From: Squalus acanthias
Taxonomy: Eukaryota
Assembly (NCBI GenBank): GCA_030390025.1
Contig: CM059431.1
Coordinates: forward strand, 106,084,001 to 106,148,000
DNA: 64,000 bases
Direction of reading: 5' to 3'
The notes beneath the pieces were generated by a model. That model was not told the origin of the DNA. It saw nothing but the letters and a program-made list of their open reading frames with translations, and made no database searches. Position 1 is the first letter of the stretch. Each line of letters starts with the position of its first letter. Positions 51,276 to 64,000 of the stretch are shown here, piece after piece. Made by a program: the position numbers and the translations under genes.

Positions 51276-53252
51276 CAGAGAGGGGAGAAAAAATGGAATG
51301 ATGCTATTCAGTTTAAATAAAACTCTTCTTGCACTTGCACTTTTAATGCTGGGATTGTACTACCTTGATAACATCCTTTATGCTTTCTTCTCATTGGGGA
51401 GCTGAAGAAAGGAAGAGGAATGCTGATAACTGCTGTCACTGTCCATATAAAAATGCTATCCAGAGGCAGCAGATCCCCGTCTCACATGTGAGCATCCCAT
51501 CAAAAGTTAGTAGGATTGCCAATGACCCTTACCGAAAAGTGCATGTGTATGGATGCAGATGAAGACAGAATCTGGCTTGGCTGTTGGCTGCTGCAACTTC
51601 AAGGGCTGATTTTCCGAGTCTGTGCTACCGCAGAGAGCCTCGTAGTGTGAAATTATCCCCTCACTATTTTGTATCAAGCATGAAGAATGACCATTTGGGC
51701 AATGTAGCAGAAGACTCCATAGCATCTGAGCCACCACAGCTTGGACTAGCAACTTCAGGAGACAGGGTCAGAAGATTGGAGCAGTTACCTTCGGATATGT
51801 GATTTTGAATACAGTTCCCATTTTCCAAAACAAGCGCTGATATAAATTTCCAGATGAAACAAAAAATAGGAAAACAGTTTTATCAGGCAATACAATCAAC
51901 AATTATTTATCTTTGGAAAGGTACAGAATTCCAGAAGATTGTCGTGAGCAGTGATTGGATGAAATGTTGCCATACAGATTCACAGCAAGGTTTTCCTCTC
52001 TTTGGTAATTTAGAGAAAGATCAGTGTGAATATAAAGCGAGGAACAGCACTTCACACTCTCATTTACTTTTTTTTTATCAAGAAGAGCGAATGGAGGAAA
52101 TATATCAATAGACATTTGGGTTTTCATCCTTAACCAGAGCAAGTACGGCTATATTTCAAGAACGCGGTTTTACACGTGTACATCATTAAATAAATTAGTA
52201 ATTTTATCTGTAAAGTGCTTCACAACCGAATAATTACCTTTGAAATGTTGTCACTGCTGTTTTGTCAGCAAACCTGGCAGCCAATTTGCGCACAGCACGA
52301 TCCCACAAACAGCAATGAGATAAATGACCAATTAGTCTATTTTAGTGGGGCTGATTAAGGGGGTAACATTGGCCAAGACATTGAGAGAACCCCCTGTACC
52401 CCAGGATGATCAAAAAGAGGGAGAATAAAATGAATGAACTACTTTATAAAACGAGAAACCGAAAACCATACATTTTTTTTTGTAATTGAAGAATTCAGCT
52501 GGAATGTTATATCGACATTTAAGTGAATTACTTTAACCTTGAACCTCGCTCTAAATAAATATGTATGGTTAACAAGTCCCAACCTGAACAGTAATTTCTC
52601 AAAACATTCCTCCTGATGGTTTGAAGGTGATTTCTCAATCGGAATATTTTCTTAACAATCTGTTATTTCATCTCTTGATCTGAAATGTTCAAACTGTGCA
52701 ATATCAGATTTAATATTCAGCACATAGCCAAATGGCTCTCAATAAAGTAAAATCACGTCTTCCTTTATGGCTTTGAAGATGCTGCTGTAATCAAAACACA
52801 ATATATCAAAGACCCAATAACATAAACCTGGGAATAATGACAAGCCAGTAATCTCAATGATGCACTTAAAAGGCAGCGCATACTGCAGGAGTGATACTGA
52901 AGCAACTTATAATTTCCATCTTAGCCTTCAATTCACTCCATATGTATGCTGATTTTATAATAAAAACTGTGGAGTACACACGGTATCTTCACACTATTTA
53001 TTGGGTGAGCTTATTTGCTGTTGGCAGTTGTCAAGCCTGACATAATGGCTCGTGCACCAGGGCAAATTTCTGGCCTAGCAGATTGTCAATAGAAAGGAAA
53101 ATCGGCCGACCGATCCATCATAATCAGGGATTAACAACCGTGCCATAGGCCGGGAATTTCCTCCGAAGTGCTCCTGCTCCACCGCCCCCTTCACACTCTT
53201 ACAACGGTGAAGTTACGGCATCAGAGCAGGTGCAGCTCTGAGGAAATTCCAG

Positions 53253-54082
53253 ACATAGAATCTTACAGCACAGAAGGAGGCCATTCGGCCCGTCGTGCCT
53301 GTGCTGGCTCTTTGAAAGAGCAGTCGTGCTGAGTCCCACACCCCCCGTTTTTTGTCCGTAACCCTCTGAGTTCCTCATCCTCCAGAACCCGTCCAACTCC
53401 CATTTAAAATTATTGATGGAATCAGCTTCCACCACCTTTTCAGGTCGAGCGTTCCAGATCCCGACAACTCTCTGACTGAAAACATTCCTCCTCATCTCCC
53501 CTCTAGATCTTTTGCCAATGATTTTGAATCTATGACCTCTGGCTATGGACCCACTCACCAGAGGGAATAGTTTTTCTCTCTCTACTCTATCAAAACCTCG
53601 CATCACCTTGAAAACCTCTATTGGGTCACCTCTTAACCTTCTCTGTTCCAAGGAGAACAGTCCTAACTTTTCCAGCCTCTCCTCATAAAATGAAGTCCCT
53701 CATCCCTGGTAACATCCTGGTAAACCTCCTCTGTACGCCTTTTCCAAGGCTTTTACATCTTTACTAAAGTGTGGTGCTCAGAATTGTCCGCAATACTCCA
53801 GCTGAGGCCGATAAATTTATACATTTCTAGCATGCTCTCTTGGCTTTTATATTCTATCCCTATATTTATAAACCCATGTAACCCATATGCTTTTTTAACC
53901 ACCTTATCAACTTGCCCGGCCCCCTTTAAAGATTTGTGTGTATGGACACCAAGGTTTCTCTGCTCATCTACACTTTTCAAAATCGTGTCATTTATAGTAT
54001 ACTGTCTTTCCATATTGGTCCTCCCAAAGTACATCACTTCACACTTCTCCGCATTGAACCCCATCTGCCGTGACTCTGCCCA
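53253..54082 (-). mobile_element. CR1 3' fragment
   Basis: FNAEKCEVMYFG..KKAYG..RRLRGDPIEVFK..FSQRVVGIWN. Confidence 0.9.
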
Positions 54083-54910
54083 TTTAACAGAGTTACGCCA
54101 AGCTGATCAGCTGAAAATCCACAGGTCTTTGGCAGGAAAGAATGCATAAGGTGTTACATAAAGGATAACAGACATACTTGAGCGTGCTACAAGTCTTGAA
54201 AGGTTAATATTCTGCATGCTATTCACAGGTGGAATTCATGGAGGTAATTTGACTCCATGTTTCTCTTGCTGACTGTGGGTGTCATGTCAACTCAAGACAG
54301 AAAGCTGGCTCATGGGATCAAATACTTAATTGGAATTGAAGTGCGATACCATATGATCTGAATATCTGTTTTTATTTCACGACATGTCAGTGAGAATGAT
54401 AGTTCCCTGAGTGGATTATATTTAATTAATTGGTTTTGATAAGAAGCACTGCTAAGACAGCTCAGTGGCGTAGGGTGCTGGGGTACTAATGTGCTGTACT
54501 GCTAATGGATAGGATGCCAATTCCCAACATCACACCTGGACAGGGCATAGCACACAGTTAAGGTGCTTTCCCATGGGAGTGAAAATCAAGAGGGCTGGGA
54601 GAAGGCTGAGGACTTTCAAGAGCAGCTCTTTTCGATTATTTATTATTAACATTTCTAGTTTCACAGTTTCTCTTCCAAGATTTTTTAAATAAAAAAATTA
54701 ACGACAAAAAATGTGTCAAATATTCTAGTTGCTTTTAGCAGTACATACAGGGTAACTAAAGCAGTGTTTGAGTTTGCTATCCTGGCAATCTTAGCAAACA
54801 AAACACTGATGATACTTCAATAAGGCACGTGCACACATATTAAAGGGCAGTAATTGCTCGTGAAGGAGAAAGACCAAAGAATGAATGATGAAACAGGGTC
54901 GTGAGTCTTT

Positions 54911-55975
54911 ACATAGGATATACAGCTCAGAAACAGGCCATTCGGCCCAACCAGTCCATGCCGGCATTTATGCTCCACTTGAGCCTCCTCCCGTCTTTCC
55001 TCATCTAAATCTATCAGCGTAACCCTCCATTCCCTTTTCCTTCATTAGCTTGTCTAACTTCGCCTTAAATGGATCTATACTATTCACTTCAACCATTCCC
55101 TGAGGTAGCGAGTTCCACATTCTCACCACTCTCTGGGTAAAGAAGTTTCTTCTGAATTCCCTCTTGGATTTGTTGGTGACTATCTTATATTGATGGCTTC
55201 TAGTTATGTTCTTCCCCACAAGTGGAAACATTCTCTCTGTATCCACTCTATCAAAACCTTTCATAATTTTAAAAGACCTCTATTAGGTCACCCCCTCAGC
55301 CTTCTTTTTTCAAGAGAAAAGAGACCCAGCCTGTGCACCCTCTCAAGTGCCTCTATATCCTTTTTATAATAGGGCGACCAGAACTGTACGCAGTACTCTA
55401 AGTGTGGTCTAACTAAGTTTCGATACAGGTTTAGCATAACTTCCCTAATTTTCAATTCTGTACCTCTAGAAATAAACCCTAGTGCTCGGTTTGCTTTTTT
55501 TATGGCCTTGCTAACCTGTGTCGCAACTTTTAGTGATTCGTGTATTTGTACTTCGAGATCCCTTTGCTCCTCTACTAGACTCGCACCCTCCAAATAATAA
55601 GTGACCTCCCTATTCTTCCTACCAAAATGTAATACCTCACATTTGCCTGTGTTGAACTTCATTTGCCAATTATTTGCCCATTCTGCAAGTTTATTAATGT
55701 CCTCCTGTAATTTGTTGCAGTCCTCCTCAGTATTGACTATTCCCCCCAATTTGGTATCATCTGCAAATTTAGAAATTATATTTTTGATTCCAAAGTCTGA
55801 ATCGTTAATGTAAATTGTGAACAGCAGTGGTCCCAGCACTGATCCTTGTGGAACACCACTACCCACCTTCTGGCACTGTGAATAACTACCCTTTACTCCC
55901 ACTCTCTGCTTTCTGTCTTGAAGCCAGCTAGCAATCCATTTTGCTACTTGTCCCCTGACTCTGCATTCTCTGACC
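54911..55975 (-). mobile_element. CR1 RT/3' fragment
   Basis: GVPQGSVLGPLLF..KFADDTK..LVRPHLEYCVQFWSP..FFTQRVV. Confidence 0.92.
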
Positions 55976-56148
55976 TTTGAGGGAGGGAGAGCTGTTGGGC
56001 CTAAGTCAGTGATCCTATTGATTAAGAAATCATGGAGTAAAGGTTTTACCTTTATCTTCTGGGCAGTAACCTGGCAGAGTGGACTCCCCACCCTTCATAG
56101 AACCCGCCTAATATTCATTCCCTTGCAAGGATGTGTGGAGTTCATTGT

Positions 56149-57055
56149 TGTACGAAAGGCTGATATTTAGAGATATTTAGTAGACGAGAATCATATATGT
56201 ATAAATTCATGTGTCGCCATTGCCCAACTAATATTACTCATAATTACTCCTGGGTAACTAAAAAGCTAAGACTTGTTCAAAATGCAGCTGCAAAGACAGT
56301 CACAAGCAGTTTTGACTAAGTTTTGATAACTAACAGCCACAGGCTGCTAGTGAAGGTTAAATCATTAAATAACATATTATGATGCTAAGTAGAAATTAGA
56401 ATTTGCTGAAAAAAACTAATTGCAAAGATATTTGAAAAATAATTAGTATAAGGACATAAAATGAGAGAGATCATGGAGATAAGGTATTTATCTGGTAGAT
56501 TAAAGTGAGATAGTCTGGATACCTCAAGACTAGTGAAACTGTGCTGATATGGGCCCTTGGTATAAAGGCCTTGTACCAGGGAGGCAGGAAATGAAAGAGA
56601 TACGGGAAATTCCAATGGGGTGAAAAACTATAAACAAGATAATAAGACAGCAGGATAGGGTTGATGGAAAAATACTGGAAAGGTGGGATGCTACCTTAGT
56701 CTGAGTGACAATGGTATTTTGACCATTAGAACCAATTAAAAAAGGTGATTTTGTTAAAGACCATATACGGACACTGGCCAAACCAACTTTTGATAAGAAA
56801 AGGGTTAAAACCTCGATACTCAAAGAACAACTTTACACAGACTTACTGCGAGAACAAAGAAACAGACTTAAGACGACGTCATCTGCGTCCGAGAGGCTCC
56901 AGAGACCAAGGGCTGCGAGCTACTCGTTAAAACTATCGCCTAATATTAAGTATATTACGCTGTAAGCTTAATAAATCTTGATCCATTGCTCAAACATACT
57001 GGCTGCTGCCTATTGGTGTCTTGGCCAAGAACTCAGAGATCATTAATATCTTACA
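56149..57055 (+). mobile_element. Probable solo LTR (907 bp)
   Basis: Termini TGTACGA...TCTTACA (6/7 inverted). 4-bp TSD TTGT (56145-56148 / 57056-57059). AATAAA at ~56969. No internal gag/pol. Confidence 0.6.
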
Positions 57056-58274
57056 TTGTCTAGTGTGGAAATGAACCACAAGGACCAGGTGAGATGCGCT
57101 AAGATGATCACAGAACTGAGAAGCACTAGGCCACCGTAATTTGCCTCAGCACAACTGGGCACTAGAAGAATCAGCCAGACCTCATGGCTCCTAGCCAGTG
57201 GCTCCAGACAAAATGTGCATGGGGTATGGATTCCAGCTAGGATAAAGTGGAGCTCAGATGTGACGTCCACCAAAATTGAATCTCCTGCCCACACTCATTG
57301 TCTAGGCTCACGCTTGAAGAATGGCCATTTGGATGAAGCCAATGGCAACCAACTACTTGGGAACTACACCCAAGCATAACATAGTTCCTTCAGAGAAATA
57401 AAGGGGGTGGATTTTAATTATATACTAAGGAAAACAGAGGTTTGCAGACAAGCCTTAGCAATATATCCTATTATTATTACGTGTGCATGTTTGTGAGTGT
57501 GCCAAAGGGTGGTATTAATATAGACACAGATAAGGCATGGTGAACTGAGTTGATGCTGTTTCCTGATCATCTATTAAGAAACCATTTAAGAACATATCTC
57601 GAGGAGCAAATAATTGAGGTCTAGTTTTTCTTTATTATACTGCCTTTAGTTGTGATTTTATTGTTTTTTTTCATTTCCCTGTCTTTGTAATTTTTCTTAG
57701 AAGTAAACGTACCTAAGTATTTTACATGAGTCTTAACTAGAACGATCATTTAGAAATTAGCAGTTTGAGGTATTAATAAGTAATAACTCACATTTAAAAA
57801 AATATATCATTCGAGCCCCAAAGCTTTAGGAAATAAGGAAGTGAATTGAACAGAGATTTTGTTTTGATTAATGTGTGGAGAGGGCAGGGTCATCAAGCAA
57901 CTGAGAAATGCTAAATTCTGTGCAGCACATCGAGATACCTTTAGTTCTTCATTATTCAGGAAACATGGGGCTGACATTTTTGTTGCAATTATAAAGAAGC
58001 CGAGGAAAGGGAGGGAATCCGTAATTAATTTGTTCAGGTAGACAAAATTCAGGAGGCGTCCCTTCTGGCAAAGAGATAGTACTGGTTGCCCCTTTACAAA
58101 GTATTTTAAATCTGCTGATAAATCAGGCACTGAAACAGGATTTTTCATGGGAAGAAACTGTGTTCAGTCAAACTGAAGGAGTCAGTCAATTTAAAGTGTA
58201 ACTCTCATTGCGTGAAACTGCCCCCATGCATTACAAAGGAGAGGGATCTTCTGATCGTCATTAGTCAGATATTC

Positions 58275-58680
58275 ATAACAACAACAACTGGCATTTATAT
58301 AGCGCCTTTAACGTAGTAAAATGTCCCAAGGTGCTTCACGGGAGTGTTATCAGACAAAATCTGACACCGAGCCACATAAGGAGACATTAGGACAGGTGAC
58401 CAAAAGCTTGGTCAAAGAGGTAGGTTTTAAGGCGCGTCTTAAAGGGAGAGAGAGAGGCGGAGAGGTTTAGGGAGGGAATTCCAGAGCTTAGGGCCTAGGC
58501 AGCTGAAGGCACGGCCGCCAATGGTGGAGCGATGGAAATCGGGGGATGCTCAAGAGGGCAGAATTGGAGGAGAGCAGAGATCTCGGGGGGCTGGAGGAGG
58601 CTACAGAGATAGGGAGGGGCAAGGCCATGGAGGGATTTGAAAATAACGATGAGAATTTTAAAATCGAGGCAATGCCGGAC
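58275..58680 (-). mobile_element. L2-clade LINE 3' fragment
   Basis: LDFKILIVIFKSLHGLAPPYL. Same tail. Confidence 0.85.
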
Positions 58681-58862
58681 CAAACCTAACAGATTCTAAA
58701 GCAAAAGTGTATTGTTTATTTGTGCAGATCTGAGAAGCAGCATAATATGGTGCCTTTCTTGAATAACATACATTTATCTACCTGACTACAGCCAACGTAA
58801 CAAATATCTTATGCGCAGCAAGATCCAAATTGGCTGGCAATTTATTTTTGGTGGTGTTGGTA

Positions 58863-59330
58863 GTGTCAGCTGTGGCTAGGTGGGTAGTACTCTCACCTTT
58901 GAGCCAGAATGTTGTGGGTTCAAGTCCCACTCCAGAAACTTGAGCACAAAAATCTAGGCTAACACTCCCAGTGCAGTACTGAGGGAGTGCTGCACTGACG
59001 GAGGTGCGGTTTTTTTTGATGAGGCGTTTAACCGAGGCCCTTGTCTGCTCTCTCAGGTGGGCGTAAAAAAATCCCATGGTAATATTTGGAAGAAGAGATT
59101 CTCCCCGATGTCCTGGGCCAATATTTATCCTTTCAATCAACATCACTAAAGCAGATTATCTGGCCATTATCGCATTGCTGTTTGTGGGAGCTTGCTGCGC
59201 GCAAATTGGCTGCCGTGTTTCCTACATTACAACAGTGACTCCACTTCAAAAGTACTTCATTGACTGTAAAGCGCTTTGGGCCGTCCTGTGGTCGTGATAG
59301 ACGCTATATAAATGCAAGTCTTTCTTTCTT
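58863..59330 (+). mobile_element. Same SINE family, full length, followed by a diverged inverted copy (~59340-59580)
   Basis: GTGTCAGCTGTGGCT head, B box GGGTTCAAGTCCC, tail CTATATAAATGCAAGTCTTTCTTTC. Confidence 0.85.
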
Positions 59331-60149
59331 TGGTTGTTATTTCTGGCCAGGCCACCAGTGGAATTCACTGCTCTTCTTTGAACAGTGCCATAGGATTGTT
59401 AACGTCCACTTGAACAGGCAGGCAAGGTTTTCGTTTAACATCTCTTCCATAGGAAGTATCTCTAAAATGTAGCACTCCGCCAGTACTGCACGGGCCAACC
59501 TCGATTAAGTGCTTGAGTCCTGGACAGCCTGTTCGGACCCACAGCTGTTTTGACTCAAACGCATCATGCTAGTGATTGAAGCAAGCTCTCGCTCGCTCTC
59601 TCTCCCTCAGTCACAAACACACACTGTCATTTAATCACTCTGACAGATTAATCTGCTGCTACAAATAGATTATTTGGATCCGAAAGGTTTTTTAATGCAT
59701 ATTTTTCTCGACAATTTTCTCTCTGATTTTCTCTGCTTACCACTACTCTCCTTCAAGCACCACAAAACTCTGTACTGCAGCCTGATAGCTTGCCTGAGAA
59801 CTACCCAACAGAGTGACAAGATTCCATTAACATATTCCTTCTGGAATAATAAACCAGTCAGAGGTTATAATGAACAAGAAACAGCTGCGGAAGAATCGAT
59901 GAAAACCATTGCTGAGTTACAACACGCCTCAGGTGAGGAATACATCGCTATCACTAAACTTTCCACCCAAGTTACATGTAAATTAAAGGCTCCCCAATGG
60001 TCCAGTTGGTAAAGGCATTGCCTCAACAACTACAAGACCCTTGCTTCGCTTCATGGTCTCTGCCAACTCAACTGATCTCAACTGGGGAACCATTTGGCCT
60101 TACTACCTTTGGGCATGGTTCCTCGTTCCAGTCACTTTCCATTGATGAA

Positions 60150-60881
60150 GTCCAACACCGCCTTCAGTGTGCCAGTGCAGCCTTCGGTCGCCTGAGGAAG
60201 AGAGTGTTTGAAGACCAGGACCTCAAACCCAGCACCAAGCTCATGGTCTACAGAGCAGTCGTGATACCCGCCCTCCTGTATGCCTCAGAGACATGGACCA
60301 TGTACAGCAGGCACCTCAAAGCACTGGAGAGGTACCACCAATGCTGCCTCCGCAAGATCCTGCAAATCCCTTGGCAGGATAGGCGCACCAATGTCAGTGT
60401 TCTCGGTCAGGCCAACATCCCCAACACCGAAGCTTTGACCACACTCGATCAGCTCCGATGGACGGGTCACATCGTCCGCATGCCCGATACGAGACTCCCA
60501 AAACAAGCGCTCTACTCGGAGCTCCGACATGGCAAGAGAGCCCTAGGTGGGCAGAGGAAACGCTTCAAGGACACCCTCAACGCCTCCTTGAAAAAGTGCA
60601 ACATCCCCACCGACACCTGAGAATCCCTGGCCCAAGATCGTACAAAGTGGAGGAGAAGTGTCCGGGAAGGCGCCGAACACCTCGAGTCTCTTCACCGGGA
60701 GCAAGCGGAAGGAGCGCACGTCAACCCAAGCACCCCACCCACCCGCCCCTTCAACCACCCTCTGCCCCACCTGTGACAGAGACTGTAGGTCCCGCATTGG
60801 ACTCATCAGTCACCTGAGAACTCATGTATAATGTGGAAGCAAGTCATCCTCGGTTCCGAGGGATTGCCAAAGAAGACGACG
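60150..60881 (+). mobile_element. RTE-clade LINE 3' fragment (5'-truncated)
   Basis: HRLQCASAAFGRLRKRVF..STKLMVYRAVVIPALLYASETWT..LRWTGHIVRMPDTRLPKQALYSEL..KRFKDTL. Short GAA/GAC tail. 69-bp flanking direct repeat. Confidence 0.9.
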
Positions 60882-61689
60882 ACTGGGGCAACATTTGGCC
60901 TTACTACCTTTAGGCATGGATCCTCATTCCAATCACTTTCCATTGATGAAATCCCGCTGGAAAGAGTGTGCGTGTGTGCTTGTGCATGTGTATGTGTCCA
61001 TGTGCACGTGCATGTGTGTGTGTGCATGTGTGTGTGCATGTCTGCGCATGTGCACGTTACGAGAACCGGGTCAGCCTCAACCGTGACAATCCCACAGTCA
61101 ACTAGCCTGATGAAACTCTCACTGTTGAGACAGAAACATGAAGAATGGCCACTTAGATGCTGGAGGGCCGCCATTGTCTATGGAACTGTGCTCCAACTTA
61201 TATTCAGCACCTACAGCAGAGGAGAGGAGAAAATGGTACAGAACAAGAAATCTAATTGTCCACTAAACTATCACTTCTTAATGTGTCTCTCAAACAGCCA
61301 CCTAAACTGATTTCAGTTTTATTCTTTTTAAGAAAAATATGAGTCATGGTCCTTCATATATGCACAAAATGATCACCCATTCATAGAAAAACACACACTC
61401 TACTATTACATCAAAACGCTGGTGATTTCTCAAACTCATGAATATCAAATGACAAACTGGCCAATAACAGTTCAATTGTGCTCTAATGCATTCACACAAA
61501 TGGAGGCGCTATCGAAGTATACCCAGTGAATGGTGCATTTCTGAAGCATGATGCCTTGTCCACATTCTGCAATCGTTTCAACAACTGTTTTTTCAGAAAT
61601 ACATGCATTGTTTGGAGTCAGAATGGGTGCAGGAGCTGTCATGGTTTTCTTCGTCAATATCAGTGAAAAAATCGTCATCACTGCAGTAT

Positions 61690-62116
61690 GTCGTGAGTGG
61701 GTCGCACTCTTGCCTCTGAGTCAGAAGGCTGCGGGTTCAAAACCCACTCCAGAAACTTCATCACAAAATCTAGGCTGGCACTCCAGTGCAGTGCAGTGCT
61801 GCACTGTCAGAGGTGCCGTCTTTTGGATGAGATGTTAAACCGAAGCCCTGCTGGTGGACATAAAAGATCCCATGGCAGTATTTCGAAGAAGAGCAGGGGA
61901 GATCTCCCTAGTGTCCTGGCCAATATTTATCAACTTCACTAAAACAGATTATCTGGTCGTTATCCCATTGCTGTTTGTGGGACCTTGCTGTGCGCAAATT
62001 GGCTGTCATGTTTTCAACATTACAACACTTCAAAAGTATTTAATTGGCTTTAAAGCACTTTGGGATGTCCTGAGGTCAGCAAAGGCATTATATAAATGCA
62101 AGTCATTCTTTTCTTT
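61690..62116 (+). mobile_element. Same SINE family, near full length
   Basis: Head, core and tail colinear with the other copies. Confidence 0.85.
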
Positions 62117-62589
62117 CATTAGCTAACCCCATTTGACAAGTAACAATCGTTTGCGGTAGAAGCAATAATTCCAAGGACAGAATTAATGGCATCACTGTTA
62201 AAGTGCCATTGTCATTCTCCCTTCCCCACAATAGCAAGCACCTACAAAAAAAAACTTTTAAATATTGCTTATTAAAGGAGAAGTTGACTCTACAACCCTA
62301 ATTTTGCAAGTATGGCAACGTCACGCTGTGCTGACCTGTGCTGTGGGCTTACCCACACTAGCAGCACATTGCTGGCTCAAGCAGATGTTGAGAGGCAAGC
62401 CCTTTCCATTCACTTCAACATGTTCCCTACACACAGAAAACGTGTGCAGTGAGGCAGGCTCCAAGAGTTTGTTTGCCCCGGGAGTTGCAAAACTGGGTGA
62501 ACTGTGCAGCCTGTCGTGGAAGGAGAGTTCACTCTGCTTCATCCTGACAGTAAAGGGAGGTGTGAGCAATAGACACGCAGAGGACTGTG

Positions 62590-62785
62590 CGCAAGACTCC
62601 CTCGTTTAACAATGAATCCTCAGACTTGTTACAGGAGGCGCCGAAGTCAAACCATCTGTTACATCTGAGGTGCACGCTACATGGGTGGAGGTAGCCAAAC
62701 GAGCATCTGCAGCCTCCCGAGTTTGCCGGAACGTGCAACAAATGTGAAGGAAGGGCAGAGGGATCAGGCGATGTGCCCAAGTAGG
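62590..62785 (+). pseudogene. Second degenerate Harbinger-type Myb/SANT ORF remnant
   Basis: RLPR(F)NNESSDLLQE, then frameshifted ATWVEVAKRASAASRVCRNVQQM*RKGRGIRRCA. Confidence 0.55.
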
Positions 62786-63699
62786 TGCACATATACATGC
62801 TGACTCATCGCCCAAAGGCGGCATGAAGCCAATGCAAATATTCACCTGCTGCACTCTCAGCAAGACAGCAGGCCGAGCCTGCAGAAAAGAAAACATTTGC
62901 AGGGGCTGTGGGGAAAGAGCACAGCAGTGGGACTAATTGAATAGCTCTTTCAAAGAGCTGGGACAGACACAATGGGCCGAATGGCCTCCTTCTGTGCTGC
63001 GTGAGACTAAAAGAAAATAAGTGAGGAGAAAAAAACAAAATCAGGCAAACATCAGCTGGAAACTCAACAGTGAACCACAGGCAACTTTTCTTTGGGGTTA
63101 CCTTCTCTTTTAAGCTGGAAAGTTCATTGAACTGAATTTAACATTGAACTGATTGCTTTTTCTCACCCTTCTTACTTCTGTGTTTCTCTGAGTCCAGCTT
63201 GCGCGTGACCTCATTGCGTAGCATGCCAAGGATTAGAGCCCACAGCCATTCTCATTTTATTTATTTATAGCGAGTCCAGGTCACACAGTGTAGATTACTT
63301 CTGTGATCTTTGCGGGCAGATCCAGGTAGAACTTCTATTTCGCAGAAAATAAACAAAATGCTGATGCGAACTCTCTCAAGTGTTGTTTGGCATACGTAAG
63401 TGGCAATTTTCTTCGCGGCTTTTATCTCTCATGTACCTCACCAGTGCTTTTAGCAAATAAATAAAACATTACACGCTGATTTGAGGGCTCACAAAACCTA
63501 TCACCAGTTCCCACTGTTATCCCTTGGATTGCAAACACGTATCTCATCACAGGGGCAACACAAGCTCCGAGCATCTCACCCAGGCACAGCCATATGAGAA
63601 CAGTGCTGGGCAGTCTAGAATCCTATCACCCTAGCCAGCCACAACCACTAGAGAACAGCACTGGGCAATCACCGAGAGAAAAAAAACAAGTGAATAGGG

Positions 63700-63946
63700 T
63701 GAAGAGGGAAAACTTTTTCACCCAGAGGGTGGTTGGAATCTGGAACTCACTGCCTGAAAGGATGGTAGAGGCAGGAACCCTCACAACATTCAAGAAGCAT
63801 TTAGACGAGCACTTGAAACGCCATAGCATACAAGGCTACGGACCAAGTGCTGGAAAATGGGATTAGAATAGACAGGGCTTGATGGCCGGCACAGACACGA
63901 TGGGCCGAAGGGCCTCTTTCTGTGCTGTATAACTCTATGACTCTAT
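63700..63946 (+). mobile_element. CR1 3' fragment, same subfamily as 47185-50707
   Basis: FFTQRVVGIWNSLPE..RHSIQGYGPSAGKWD*, nearly identical to 50480-50707. Confidence 0.9.
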
Positions 63947-64000
63947 GAGGGTAGTCTTTTTTTAAGTGAGATTCTAAAAAGTAATGTGGAAAACCTATAG

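Noticed and set aside
58863..58940. tRNA-like sequences with A/B boxes
   Set aside because: They are SINE heads continuous with the SINE core, with no full cloverleaf or terminator.
59997..60620. 207-aa ORF as a host gene
   Set aside because: It is an RTE ORF C-terminal fragment fused by chance to the flanking duplication.

Overview
Repeat-dense, AT-rich vertebrate genomic DNA, intronic or intergenic. The repeat content points to a cartilaginous fish, probably a shark (inference): tRNA/Deu-domain SINEs with L2-like tails, CR1, L2 and RTE LINEs, Penelope-derived pieces, and PIF/Harbinger elements. No host protein-coding gene could be identified. The long ORFs come from retrotransposons, MITEs or simple repeats. 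Main features: (1) a ~3.5 kb 5'-truncated, disrupted CR1 (end of the ORF1 esterase, then APE and RT), interrupted by a 210-bp near-perfect palindrome carrying a minimal hammerhead-ribozyme motif on each strand (Penelope-type); (2) a second hammerhead-bearing fragment with a 14-bp TSD; (3) a fossil two-gene PIF/Harbinger transposon (DDE transposase plus convergent Myb/SANT ORF) and many related MITEs; (4) a 2.6-kb polypurine G-rich expansion, apparently inside a DNA transposon; (5) an RTE fragment with a 69-bp flanking duplication; (6) a probable solo LTR; (7) an L2 3' end duplicated together with ~380 bp of flank; (8) several candidate conserved non-coding elements and weak exon candidates. 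All family assignments come from motif recognition by eye, not database searches. I found no convincing wholly new system; the hammerhead palindrome is the best lead.
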